Positions 50,510 to 63,830 of a DNA stretch of 64,000 nucleotides are shown in pieces; positions within the stretch are counted from its first letter, which is position 1, and each line of letters begins with the position of its first letter. The stretch spans positions 45,322,001 to 45,386,000 of the forward strand of contig NC_043004.1 in assembly GCF_006345805.1 (NCBI RefSeq), in the 5' to 3' direction. This DNA is from Octopus sinensis. Taxonomy: Eukaryota. The notes beneath the pieces were generated by a model. It worked only from the letters and a program-made list of their open reading frames with translations, was not told the DNA's origin and did not search any database. Made by a program: the position numbers and the translations under genes.

Positions 50510-50760
50510 AAACACCATTATGTGTATATTCTACTGAAGTGACAGGAGCCAATGAAAGAGCGTCTATGTAGTCATGTGACCTCGTAGGAATAGCAGCCAG
50601 CTCTTACCACACCCTACGGAAAGATATTGGTGGCAAGCATAGTGCTGATTACACTATAACTTACAAGACGCTGTGGTAACAGTTAGACGTCGTTTGACCA
50701 TATGTTGCTCAGCCGAATCTGACCTTTGGCTAAATAACGGGGGTGGGAAGGGAATGAGGA
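50510..50760 (+). mobile_element. Ancient SINE-like family E (representative copy)
   Basis: Recurrent core ctagaaata(g/a/c)cagcca(a/g)atctcc, also at about 21844, 24439 and 25578, and reversed at about 11, 3640, 11263, 48287 and 61359. Tail tgacct(g/t)(g/t)ggctaaa(caa)n, also near 16570, 21690 and 25480, and reversed at 4740 and 26425. Confidence 0.5.
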
Positions 50761-52588
50761 ACAGTTCAACATTTATTGTCTTCCAATTTACATTGTTATG
50801 CTGTTGGGTGATTTGTGAGGTGATCAGCAAATTTTCTTGCATCTGAGTATTCCACTCTGGATGTCTTACGAAAATGAAACATTAGAGCAGCAAGTAATAC
50901 GTTTTATTTGCAACTCCCACTGCAATGAACTCTCATCCATCCCCCGGTATGCAGATATATCTGTATATTTCTCTGTGTGTGTGTGCATAAAAATATAAAC
51001 ACAATGTCTTTTTTAAGTCTTTTGTGTCATTCGGTTTAGATATTTACATATTGATGGAGTAACCGGTTTTAGGATGGATGCATGTCTTTCTTCGTAACCA
51101 TCCAACTGTAGAAGTAGATATTGACTTGCTGTCAGGAAGGCACACTGAAGCAAACCACCATATAAGCTTTGTTTTAAGGGTACATATAGGTCAATGAATG
51201 TAACAAGTTTTCAGCTTATAACTGTATGATCTATAGTCTAAGTAAGTGTCTTTTGAACTTGGTAAATATTATGTCTGTATGAGTACCTTTTATTTAGACA
51301 ATGAATCTGTGTCAAATTATCTCTTCCGTCAATGTAAAGAAAGGTAATGTATGTATTCCAAAACTGAATATATTGTACATGCCCATTAAATACTCAATCT
51401 GCCATAGACTTCATACAGCTGCTATTTATTTTTTTTCTTTCCTGTATTATTTCTATTACAATGGACTCTAATACATACTAGTTTGCAGTGCTATAGTGTG
51501 CAAGCCTTATTAACTGGTCATCTGACAGACTTTAATAGTAAATTCTAACACACAGCAAGTCGTAGGATACCTACAAATATTTAGCTTCAATGCCAAAAAT
51601 AATTACATCTCTTCAGAAACCAAATACTTGGAAGAGGACAATGAAGGAAGTTTTATATTTTGCTTCTTTTCCTTTTAAGTTTCCTAAAATGGGAACAAGG
51701 CTGGCAGTTTTGTAGAGAGGAAGTTTGGTGATTGCAATATCTCTAGTGCTTGACCAATAGTTTATATTATCAACTGAAAATATGAAAGGCAAAATTAACC
51801 TCAGAAGGATTTCAACTCTCAATTTTTTAGAGTTCAGAGAAATATTGGTTTCAAAATTTGGCACAGGTTCAACAATTTTGGGTAAGGGGATAAGTCGATT
51901 ACATTGACCCCAGTACTCAAATAGCACTTGTTTTTTTATCAATGCCAAAAGGGGTGAAAGGCAAAGTCGAGCTTGGCGGAATTTGAACTCACATCTTAAA
52001 GATAAATGAAATACTGCTAAACATTTTGCTTGGCATGCTGATGATTCTGATGTCTTGACACCTGAGGAGAATTATTGCAAAGTATTTTGTCTAATACTGT
52101 AACAACTCTGCCATCAGATTTTGAAGGTTGTACACAACTTCTACTGGAGACAACTTGTTGCTTTAAACTCAGTTTCTTGTCCAGTGATGCTTTATTGCCA
52201 TTACTAAGCTTACATTACACATCAAAGCAGCACATCTTGTTCATATTTCTGTATGTTTTCACAATACCCCTTACTCTTCTGAACGTCACATTGAATTCCT
52301 CATTCTAACTCAGTTTCGATGCTCTTTCTCATTGATTTAGTGTACAGGCAACACTGTTCAATAGCAGTATTCTACCTCATTGATTTAATCCTTATGTGTT
52401 CTCTGTGGATATTACTGTATGTGGAATTGTTCGACAAGTGGAAATTGAACTTGAGTCACTGACTTCCTTTTCTGCTGGAATTTAACCACCTATGTATGTT
52501 TACACACCTGTCTTTGAATTTTGTTTTGATTTTTTGTAAATTCCAACTACGTATGTTATGATCCTCAGTAGTCACATATCATTTTATA

Positions 52589-52627
<39 letters not shown>

Positions 52628-53111
52628 TATATTTATTTTACTTGCTTCAGTCATTTGTAGCAATGCAGGTGTTTCGTATTTAGTGGCTTTTAGCCAGTCA
52701 TACCAACCCTAGTACTTAGTTCAGGCTGGTATTTTTTCTATTGTTCTATATTGTACCACTTGGCTAAGTTGACATTTTTTGATACGGCATCAGTTTTGTT
52801 TTATTAATTCATGGTATCAGATAATACACACAAACACATATGAACACATACACATATGTATACACACATATATATATATAACATAAAATACGAGTTTCAG
52901 AACAGATTTTGTTGACAAATCTCATTGACTAGATACTGGTAAAGCTGATGCTACAGTAGAAAAAATTTGTATTAAGTACTGCATAATGAGATTGAAGCAA
53001 AAAGAGTAATAGATGATAGAATAAGGAAGAGAATGGGACAGTAGATGGAGACTTACCAGGAACAGAATGTTGGAAGAGGCCAATATATAGTTGCTATACA
53101 TCTCAACCTCT

Positions 53112-53465
53112 ATCATCATTTTAATGTCCTTGTACCACACTTGCCTGGCTGGCTGGATGGCTACCTCTTCCCCAGCACTGCTTCTCACTTCAGACCTTAC
53201 TCATCCTTTCCATGAGATTCAGTCTCTCAACATCAGATTTCACCATTTCTTCTCATGCCTTTCATATATGCAGGTTCCTCCCACTATATTTCACTTGGTT
53301 CTTCTTTATTTAACTATCATTCTTCTTGTATGTACTACATGTCTACGAACTTGGTCCTCTCTTTTGTACACTTCACTTTATTCCTTTTGTACAAAGATCT
53401 CTTTTTTCAGCACATTTGTGCTCCGATGATCAAGTACACTAACATTACATACCATATGAAATGGG
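53112..53465 (-). mobile_element. Old RTE LINE 3' end with family C-like tail
   Basis: Minus residual coding MVKSDVERLNLMERM, then atccagccagccaggcaagtgtggtacaaggacattaaaatgatgat. Confidence 0.55.
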
Positions 53466-53472
53466 CTTGCCT

Positions 53473-53627
53473 CATCATCATCATCATCATCATCATTTAA
53501 CGTCCGTTTTCCATGCTAGCATGGGTTGGACGGTTCGACTGGGATCTGGGAAGCCAGAAGGCTGCACCAGGCTCCAATCTGATCTGGCAGTGTTTCTAGA
53601 GCTGTATGCCCTTCCTAACACCAACTC
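53473..53627 (-). mobile_element. Young family C 3' fragment
   Basis: Reverse complement of about 20640-20792 with a (cat)n tail. A further short + strand tail lies at 54645-54698. Confidence 0.88.
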
Positions 53628-53958
53628 ATTATGTGTGTGTGTGTGTGTATGTGCATGTATGTGTGTGTGTATATATACGCATTTATACACACACACATAT
53701 ATAAACATCATCATAGTAGTCATTTTTCCAAGCTGGTATGGAAGAAATCTTATAAGGGCAGTTTATATTTTTTACTGGTGGATGGTCTCCCTGGGGCCTA
53801 ACATTGCTCGCTTTCCAAGTAATGTATTGTTTTGCAATCCACCGGTCCTCATTCATCTAGTGAATTGCGGAACAATTGTTGATGAAACAAAGTAAACATC
53901 CTTATCTTTCACTCAAGTGGGACTGATGACAACATGCAGAATTGACGCTCTCATATAC

Positions 53959-54007
<49 letters not shown>

Positions 54008-54252
54008 GACACACACACATGCATGTATAATAAACTACCTTAGAGGTTCCATCTACAAGTTCCACTCACAAAGTATTGTGCTGCCTCAGCTGCTCTACAG
54101 TCACTCACCTGAGATTCCACTCAGTACACTCAGTAGAGAGGAATCTAAAAACTATCTGGTTATAAAGTGGAATTTGTAAATGCACAGCAAAGCCTGCTCT
54201 TAGTCATTACATTAATGTGTGTGTGTGTGTTTATATATATATATATATATAT

Positions 54253-54562
54253 ATCACCGTGATCACCGTGACCGACCAGGCTATCAGTTATTGCAACACA
54301 TCACTGGTCACAATGTGCTTCGCATTGTTTTAGCCTTTAAATGATGCCACCCCACTGGCTAAGTGAGCAGGCCAACAGAAGAAAGAGTGAGAAAAAGTTG
54401 TGGCGAAAGAGTACAGCAGGGATCGCTACCATCCCCTGCTGGAGCCTTGTGGAGCTTTAGGTGTTTTCGCTCAATAAACACTCAGAACACCCGGTCTGGG
54501 AATCGAAACTGCGATCCTACGACCGCGAGTCCGCTGCCCTAACCACTGGGCTATTGCGCCTC

Positions 54563-54565
<3 letters not shown>
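54253..54565 (-). mobile_element. tRNA-derived SINE, family D
   Basis: Minus head ggcgcaatagcccagtggttagggcagcggactcgcggtcgtaggatcgcagtttcgattccc (A and B boxes), a unique body and a (acggtgatc)n tail. It is flanked by (TA)n and (CA)n. Confidence 0.85.
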
Positions 54566-54644
<79 letters not shown>

Positions 54645-55019
54645 TGTCCAACCCATGCTAGCATGGAAAGCAGACGTTAAACGATGATGGTGATGATAAA
54701 TATATATAAAAAACTAAATGTTTATGTGAAAAACTCCGCCACTTGTCTGAAATTTTGTATATACCACTATATGTGATTAATATCAGTTGATAAATATTTA
54801 AATACACCCTACCACTTATCTCTTCATTTATCAATATCTATAATTGTATTGTATATTGCGAACTGAAGGACAGGAATGCGACATGTTTCAATGTGACATT
54901 TCATAAAACTGAAATAGCTATATTTTCAAACCCAAAATGCTTAAATATTTATGTATATTTGAGTAGTATACTCTTAAATGCCCAATACATTTGAAAATTA
55001 TTAAAAATGTAAATGAATT

Positions 55020-55052
<33 letters not shown>

Positions 55053-55330
55053 TTACGTGCACGTTTGTATATGCATGAGTATGTGTGTGCATGTGTATAT
55101 ACACATGTATGAGCATGTGTTTATATATGTGTGTATGTATTTGTATGTATATATATGTGTGTGTGCACGTTTGTATATGCATGAGTATGTGTGTGCGTGT
55201 GTATATACACATGTATGAGCATGTGTTTATATATGTGTGTATGTATTTGTATGTATATATATATGTGTGTGTGTATAATTTATATATGTATGTATGTGTG
55301 TGTGGTTGAGTTGGTGGGTGTATATATATA
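55020..55330. repeat. (TA/TG)n array containing a 106-bp tandem duplication
   Basis: Units start at 55057 and 55163 (gtgcacgtttgtatatgcatgag...). Confidence 0.9.
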
Positions 55331-56329
55331 CATGTTATTTTAGTCTTGCTGTTAGATTTGTTGTTATTTTTTGTTTGTTTTTTTTTCTGAATTCTTATGT
55401 TCTGAGAGCATTTTAAAACTAATATAATAAATATCATTCATGATAATAATGACTTCTAAAATAGACAATAAGAATACTGAAAATTGTCAGTGCGTCAGAC
55501 AAAATGTTTGGCTGCATGTCTTCTGACTTTATGTTCTGAGTTCAAATGATGCTGAGGCTCAGTTAGATATAATAGCAGTCAAGTACTGGGGTTAATATAA
55601 TCAACCAGTCCCTTTACTTCTAGAAAATTGCTGGCCTTTTATCAAAATTTAAAACCATCAACATAATTGTTGCTGTTATAATAATTATTATTATCATTAC
55701 TACTACTATTACTATGACTACTAATTACTTATAAAGTCCAAACATCTAATATATGATGTAGTGTACAAAACAGGTTACAAAAACACGGGTGTGTTTGTAC
55801 ACATGACTAGTAATAATAAGATGTAACCCAATGCATAAGAGTAGGTTACAAATTTAGTTTTTAGTTTGCTAATCAAAATACACAATACTCACCCACGTAC
55901 AAAGGTATTAAATGCAGCCACCTATGTAGAACCCAGAGTACCCACAGCTCCTAGTCACTTTATACTGTAAATGGTATCTGAGGCTCCCAAATTCAGAACT
56001 GATCATATTAATATCTACAATCAAAGTTTGCACGCCCTCTGGGTGGGGTTGGATGAGCTTCTGTAGCTCCCCATAAACTACTGATATTGTTGTCTCCAAT
56101 GGCTTATCATTTTGGGGTTCATGATATTTCTTCTTTATTTCCATGATCTCCAGTCTGTGCACCTCATTTCTTCTGTTTTCTTCCCTACTTCAACTCCACT
56201 AAACCCTTTTTTTTTTCTGGGTAGCTGGTTTTAACCTGATCTCATTCTTCTGCTTTTTGACCTGCTACTTTTGCTGTTTTGACCTCTGCTCTTGTTTGCT
56301 ACCCCCCCCCACCACCACCACCGCTTTCC

Positions 56330-56750
56330 TTTTGTTTTTCTTCTTGTTGCAAATAGAAATTCTTCAATTGGTTTTTACTATTACACATGTAGCAACTGGG
56401 TTTCTGCTCTGTAAAAACAGTCTGCCAGAACTTACCACACTCTCAATGAGTTGCAATTCTGGGATAGCACTGCTGCCATTAAGGGTCATGAGGACCTAGC
56501 ATCCATATCAACTCAATCTAACTCTAACCCAATGTTGTTGTAGGTCTCTTTGCACATCACATGGTTATTTTCTCATTCAAATGTGACAGCATCTGTAAGA
56601 ATATCTCTGTGGTCATCATATAAGTAACAAATAGACAGCTGTGACTATAGTCTATGCGCAGGTATGCTGTGCACCAGTTTTGCCTAACTCTTTGCTTCAT
56701 TTTCTGTCTGAAAGGTCTGGTACATGCTTCAATTACAGGAGTACACATCC
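56330..56750 (-). mobile_element. Possible L1/Tx1 ORF1 relic (decayed zinc knuckle)
   Basis: Minus VFTEQKPSCYMCNSKNQLKNFY resembles VxxEGRxPxCxxCxxxGHxxxxC, followed by K/E-rich sequence. It contains many stops. Confidence 0.35.
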
Positions 56751-56766
56751 AGTTGTGCACTGATAC

Positions 56767-56997
56767 GGTGAGCTGGCAGAAACGTTAGCATTCAGGGTGA
56801 AATGCATAGCCGTATTTCGTCTGCCGTTACATTCTGAGTTCAAATTCCACCGAGGTCGACTTTGCCTTTCATCCTTTCGGGGGGGTCGATAAATTAAGTA
56901 CCAGTTAATAACTGGGGTCGATGTAATCGACTTAATACCTATGTCTGTCCTTGTTTGTCCCCTCTATGTTTAGCCCACTGTGGGTAATAAAGAAAGA
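56767..56997 (+). mobile_element. Young family B SINE
   Basis: Full-length. gatacgg is duplicated at 56762-56768 and 56998-57004, and its last 2 nt overlap the element start. Confidence 0.9.
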
Positions 56998-58841
56998 GAT
57001 ACGGATATCTTTCTAACTCTTCAGCCCCACCCCTGATGATTGAAAAACATCTTCCTTTTTCATCATCATCAACATCATCATCATTTAACATTAGCCTTGC
57101 ATGCTGGCATAGCCATTCATTTTTACCTGTTGTTCTTTCTCTTGAGCTGGCGCAAGGTGAGTTAGTTACTTCTTGTGGTACATTACATTAGCAAAATTTG
57201 GAATGTCGTTGTTGGTGATAGTAATATTTCCATTCTTCATATTGTCTTGAAATCACATATTGGATAATATGAAATAGTTCAAACTCTACTAAATATTACC
57301 TCAAAAAGATAAATAGATAAATAGGTAAAGACAATGATCATGGCTGGAATGTCTTTATTTATGGGTGTAAAATGTTGGCTAACATGAAGGTTAAATTAGA
57401 TAACAACAATAGGCACAGGTGTAGTCATGTGATCAGAAATTTGCTTCCCAGTTACATAATTCTGGTTTCAGTCCTTAGGCAAGTGTCTTTTATTTTTGTG
57501 TTAGGCTGACCAAAGCTTTGTGCATGGATTTGATGGATGGAGACTGAAAAGAGCCTGTTTTATATGTGTATGTGTTACCATTTCCTTGCTTCTACATCAT
57601 ATGATAGTTGTAAATGAATGTAACCGTTGCACTAGCAGTGCCCTTTGTTTCATGATCTCCCATGAAATCATGATAGATATGGGGAACATTACTTTACTTG
57701 GAAGCAGACGAGGGCTGGCAACAGGAAGGACATCTGGCCATAGAAAAATCGGTACCTACAAATTTTGTCTGACCTATCCAAGCATAGAAAAGTGGTCAAT
57801 AGATCATGATGATGATGATGATGAATATCAAGCAAGAACTCTGAAATATCCAATTCTTTATAAATCTAATGTAAAGCCAGTGAAAAGAAATATCTTCAGA
57901 ATGAAAGAATGAAAACTGATGCTTATTTCTTTCAAATACATTCTCTAATTATTCATTCTTTCTATGTTGAAGTGAAATGAAAAAAAAAAGAACAAAATAC
58001 AAAAGTAGAGTTAGAGAGAAAAAAAAAAATAGGAGAGTATTTGTAAGCTCATAGCTTTACAAAAGAAAATATTCAAGATATCTAATTTCATAGAATAAAA
58101 TTCATTATGCATAACCTAGTTTCTTTTTAGTAATTTTTATGGTCAGATATGATGACAGAGGAACTTATTTTTTATTCACAACAAATCACTCACAAAAGAA
58201 CGCATAAGGTGTTATAGTTGTAAACATACACACACGCCACCATATACATATCACTTACTTGGGCACCCACACCCATGCAAATATTCTTAAATACTCTCAA
58301 ATTTGCCTTTACACACACTCACCACATAAGCTTACATGCAGAACCACGCAGACACACAAATAAAGAAGTTCAAATATGCAAAAATGATTGAAAACCATTC
58401 ATTTACATACTTCTGTGGCTTTGTATATGTGTTTTCATACATTTTTACACTAATAATGATGATCATCATCATAATAATAATAATTTCCAATTTAAGCACA
58501 ATGTCAACAGTTTTGAACAGGAGAGGTAGGCAAGTCAGTTTCATTAGTCCCCAGTACTTGACTAATACTTTATTTCATAGCTCCTAAAAGGATGTAAAGT
58601 AAAGTTGACGCCTGTGGAATTTGAACTCAGAATTTAAAGAACTGAAAGCACTGCTGCTAAGCATTTTGTGTGATGTACTAACTAATCTGCCAGTTGGCAA
58701 TTTAGGCCAAGATGAAGAAATTAATTAGTTGATACCATTATTCTCAATACCTGATTGGTACATTATTTTATTGATCTGAAAAGAGTGAAAGTCAAAGATT
58801 ATCTCTGCTGGATTTGGGCCTCCATCATGAAGAGCCAGAAG

Positions 58842-58960
58842 AAATACCACAAGGCATTTTATTGAAAGTTTTAAGGCTTCTGCTAAGAAAAAATACCACA
58901 AGGCATTTTATCCAAAGTTTTAAGGCTTCTGCTAAGAAGAAATACCACAAGGCATTTTAT
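58842..58960. repeat. 49-bp tandem repeat (about 2.4 units)
   Basis: aaataccacaaggcattttat starts at 58842, 58891 and 58940, inside the head of an old minus-strand family B SINE. Confidence 0.9.
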
Positions 58961-59682
58961 ACAATGCCTCACTTCGCTGGTACTTAGACTGTTGAAGAAT
59001 GAAAGGCAAAGTCAACTTCAGCAGCATTCAAACTCATATAAATTATATATACCTACATATATAAATATCCCTTTGTGTTAAGTACTATTATTTCATATTT
59101 CTACATGAAAACACACTCACAGTACTAATGCATGAAAAGCCAGTACTAATGCATCCTCAGACACAGCAAATAAGCTAGTACCAATATTTCAAGTCACATG
59201 ACTTTCTTTAAGAGCAAGTATTTTCCTGAAAAAACCATGAGACTTGAAATGTCGATAACATCTCGAAGAATATATCAAAAATATAAAATTATATTTTACA
59301 TGTATTGAGTTGCTCTATAACTGATTGGGTTTGTCTTTCAGTTGAGTTTCATACATGCATGCCAATGTACATACACACACATATCTACATAACCAGATTA
59401 TGAATTCACATTTATTCCAAAAATAACTGATGTACTTGGTTTTGTAAGTAAATGTGTAGTGCAGTCTGGATAAGCTGTGATTTTCAAGGAAAGAAATAAA
59501 CTGGCTAACACACACATTACATATACATTCTGTGAGCAGAACTGTAAAAATATGTAAGACTTTTCTCAAGTTCAAAAATGAGAATTTGTGTTTTTTTGTC
59601 ATCTACATTCCACTGATGGAGCTTGTGTCTTTGTTAGAAACCAGCTCCTTCCTTACAGAAAGATTCCAAATAATCAAAAATA

Positions 59683-59716
<34 letters not shown>

Positions 59717-59903
59717 TTACTCTTGCTATGCAAAGATATATTCTGCGTCTATGTTCGTAGACACTACTCTTACACATGGTGCCTCCTACCAGTAATTCCA
59801 AATTACAAATGGCAGCAGATGTAAATGTCATGCATGTGTGTTGTATTTGTATGTGTGAGAGAGAGAAAGAGGTTGTTGATGAAAGCTCATTATTTTGATA
59901 CAT

Positions 59904-59934
<31 letters not shown>

Positions 59935-60234
59935 ATGTGTGTGTTTATTTATTTATGTCTCTTAATAATATATATTTAATATTCATCTTTCATATTTATC
60001 TAGGTTACTATCAACGTTATAAAGAGAGTAGGGTAGAATTAGCCAACCACATAACTAACTGGCAATGTTTTGCCTTCTTTCAATTCAAACATCCACAACC
60101 TGCAAACACTGATGGTAGTCAGTGTTGGTATTAAGTAATTAATCAGTTAATGAAAGAATACGATTGTCATGAGGAGTGAAGACCCTTTCTCTTCATGAGA
60201 GAGCAAGGATTGTTGAGAAATGTTGCTGCTTTAA

Positions 60235-60439
60235 CCCTTTTGTAGTCAGATTACTTTGTCAAATATAATTCTTGTTCACATTTTTAAATTAATCTTTCAT
60301 TATCTCATGGCTTTGAGATGATGTGATTGTTTATATTTTAGAGTGACGTTTAGGGTTGGTTTGAGATTGGACCTGGGTGGTTTGGACATACAAGAGGTGG
60401 GGTATTGAGACTAAATGTGGCTGGTTAACATGCTAGGGG
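60235..60439. mobile_element. piggyBac-type MITE (P2), diverged, inverted relative to 29187-29407
   Basis: TTAA ccctttt at 60231-60241; right end catgctaggggctaa. The internal sequence is a degenerate reverse complement of 29187-29407. Confidence 0.7.
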
Positions 60440-62739
60440 CTAATATGATTTTAATATACTTTAAAGGAATAGTTAAAGTTATATTTGTTACAAGGGACTA
60501 TTGTTAAGAATAAGGGCCAGTGTTGTACTAGAGGGTACTGGATATTTTACATCTTGGTTCCATCTGATAGTTACACACCTTTTGAATGATTTAAAGGAAT
60601 CAGTTCCTCCTCCTCATCATCATCATCATTATGATCATCAGTGTTATCATTTTTATCGTCATCATAGTCATCATTGCTACCATCCACATCATTGCAGTTG
60701 TTGTTGCCTTATCCTCATTGATGTTATTGTCATTTTGTCATCATCATCATCACCTCCGCTATTCCCATAACCATGAAAGCCTGCTGGCATCAGGCATATT
60801 GGGTTAATATTCTTCTAAGTTAGAGCATTTCATTTCTAACTGAGTAGACTGGAACACCATGAAATGAAGTACCTTGCTCAAAAACACAATGTGCTGGTTT
60901 GTTTTTGAATCAAAGCCACAAACTTATGATTGTGTATGTAACAGCTTAACTCTAGGCCACATATCTTCACAAATAAATGCATATAAATATAAAATTAAAT
61001 ATAGCATGCATTCAAGATAGTATGTAGAGATGGTGTAGAATGCAGAGAAAATGTTCGCTGTTCACTTTGTTTAGATCATCTATGATGCTTTTAAACCTAC
61101 AGAATTCAAATTTTTATCCTGCTTCTTTTTTCATTTCAAATTTTATTTTTAAATGTTTTATCAATATGTTTTTTTAAGCCCCAAGTCATATCCAAGCGAG
61201 CAGGCTTTCCATGGAATTTCCCAATTGTCAATTTTTTCATACAGAATGTATTCTATAGCTACACCATTAAATTTTTTAACAGTGTACCCTTTTCTAAATT
61301 ATTTAATACATCTTTTTTTTTTCATTCTTTTGATTGGTAGAGTATGGTTTGAGGAAGATTTGGCTCCTATTTCTAGCAGGTGAGGTATCCGTCTATATAT
61401 TACATTATCTGCTGGTATAGTCTAATTCTGAAGTAATCTATTCTGCTTCATTTAAACTTGAACAACTGGTCTGTGTGTGTGCGCGTGTGTGTGTATGTGC
61501 ATGTGTGTGTGTGTGTGTGTGTGCATGCTCAAACAGAGTTCCCTCTGTTGCAAGTATCCAGGCCCACAGAGTTCACCCCAATACTATACTAACCGATGTG
61601 TTTGTGTTTCCATCTTTTCCAAATCAGTAAGGTGTCATTTTAAGGGGATAGGGTCACTATTACTTGTAGATTGAACAACAGTGTATAGTTTTGTCACTTA
61701 GCTTGTGTCCTGTAACCAATTCTTTCACTTGCAAGTAAGAATAATTTGGTAATATGCATCATGCTTTCATCAATTGGTTTTGGTGCATATGTATTTGTGA
61801 ACAGATATATATATAAAATCTTTGAACCCTTTCACTGTTGACCTAACAGAACATCATGTGATAGCTGGAATAAAGAGAGAGTTGCAACAATATTTGGCTG
61901 CTACATATTTTAAGCCAAGCAGACTGGAGCAAATGTGAAACAAAGTGTTTTGCTCAAGGACATAGCATTCAACCTTATGATTGCGAGTCCAACACTTTAG
62001 CCACTCAGCTATTTGCCTTCAAAGTTGAGAAAGTATGTACCCTTGGTATTTCAGAATTAATCTTGGTAATATTCATATTTCCACTTTAGAAAGTGAGATT
62101 TTATGTTCCCAAAAGGAATTGTTTATTCAATTATCGAGATTGGATAGTAATTTAGTAGGAAGAATTAGAATATTGGGTGGAGTTTTGCTTTACAAATTTT
62201 AATTTTATCCCAGCCTTCATGTCCAAATACCATCAGGTTTGACATCAGGACTTTATGCGTCCAGCATCAATAAAATGAGTACCACATTCTATTATAATGT
62301 GGTTGATTTAATACACCACTCTCCTACCTAATTCTTGATTCTTATAGAAAAATTGATCCGGTGCCAAGTCTAAAGAAATCATTATGTATTTATTGAGACA
62401 ATTCTTTTACAAAAGAACGATGGCCTTTCTCCAACTAAATGACAAGGAGATTCCTTGGCTGGAGTTTAGACAACATCAAACATTTATGTCCACGTGTATG
62501 TATGTGCATATGTATATATATGGATGAATGGCTTTATAAATAGATGAGCAGTGCTTATGATGCCCATGTTTCTTTGTACTACTGTTCATTGGAACATGTC
62601 CCATTCAGTTCTAATATGTTTGCCGTAGCTGATGCTGCTGATGTGTGCATTAATATGCCATCATCATCATCATCAGCATCAACATTCTGATTATCAAACT
62701 ATGCCCCTTCACTCTACCAAGTGGGCTTTATCTTATTTA

Positions 62740-63055
62740 TATGTGTATGTGTATATATATATATATGCATATATGTATGTATATATTTATGTATGTATAT
62801 ATTTATATGTATATATGTATGTATATATTTACATATATATATATGTGTGTGTGTGTGTATATATATATAAATGTGAACATATATATATATATATGTATAT
62901 ATATGTATATGTGTGTGTGTATATATATATATGTATATGTGTATATTTGCATGTGTGTATGTATATATATATATATATATGTATATTTGTATGTATATAT
63001 ATATGTGTGAGTGTGTATGTATATATATATGTGTGTGTGTGTGTATATATATAAA
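62740..63055. repeat. Compound (TA/TG)n microsatellite
   Basis: Directly visible. Confidence 0.95.
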
Positions 63056-63599
63056 TATAAGCATCAACATTGAAAGGACAGATCTCAGTTTCTCAGTAAG
63101 CATGCTGTGAGATGCATTTTGCATCAGCAGGTATGACATTTGTAGATGCATGTGCCATTATTTCGTAAGAACTTGATGACATTGATATTGCATGCTGCAT
63201 ATAAGTGCGTGATGAGCTAATGGTCCGGGGAATCCACATACAAGACGTATTATATTGTTAATGGTTTGATATTTGTCTTGTCTTTATCTGTTTGTTTCCT
63301 TTTTTCTGTGATTGCTGTAACTACACACACACACACACACATCACATGTATATATGCACATAGCTACACATACAAGCATATTTACACAAATGCATACATA
63401 CATGTTGTTGTAACTGATGTTGTGTGTGATATGTATGTGTTACTCTTAGTCTTTCACTGCTTCTAGCCAATGGAACTGGCCTTGCTAAACCTCTAAGATC
63501 AAGTATATATTTGCATAATGCAAACATTCTTTGTATATTGATGTTTTGATAATGAAATTTATATCTTCATTGTCCACGAAACCAGAGTATGGGTTGCAT

Positions 63600-63830
63600 C
63601 CATTACCATACAGAGTATTGTGCAAGGCCAATACTAAGGTAGAAAAGTGTCTCTAATGCTCACAGTAGAACAAAAGAATGATCTTGAAAGAAGGATTTCA
63701 AAGGCCCCTCGGTACTTGGTAAACATTGCAAGAAAAAAAGATAGTGATATCTGTACAAAAAAAACCTGCAGTGAGACCTGCTACAGACTCATTGACATGC
63801 ACCTCTGTTGATTTGTGATTTTGTCAGAAA
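63600..63830 (+). mobile_element. Possible very old RTE ORF fragment
   Basis: DLERRISKA, then frameshifted ISVQKKPAVRPATDSLTC, resembles the post-RT EIxxRIxKA...ISxxxKxxVYxAxVLxxLxY region of RTE. Confidence 0.35.

Noticed and set aside
54496-54564. Functional tRNA gene
   Set aside because: A and B boxes are present, but the acceptor and anticodon stems do not pair properly, and the sequence continues into a SINE body and tail.
63660-63720. Host exon EQKNDLERRISKAPRYL
   Set aside because: It is better explained as a decayed RTE segment, because neighbouring frames also give RTE-like residues.
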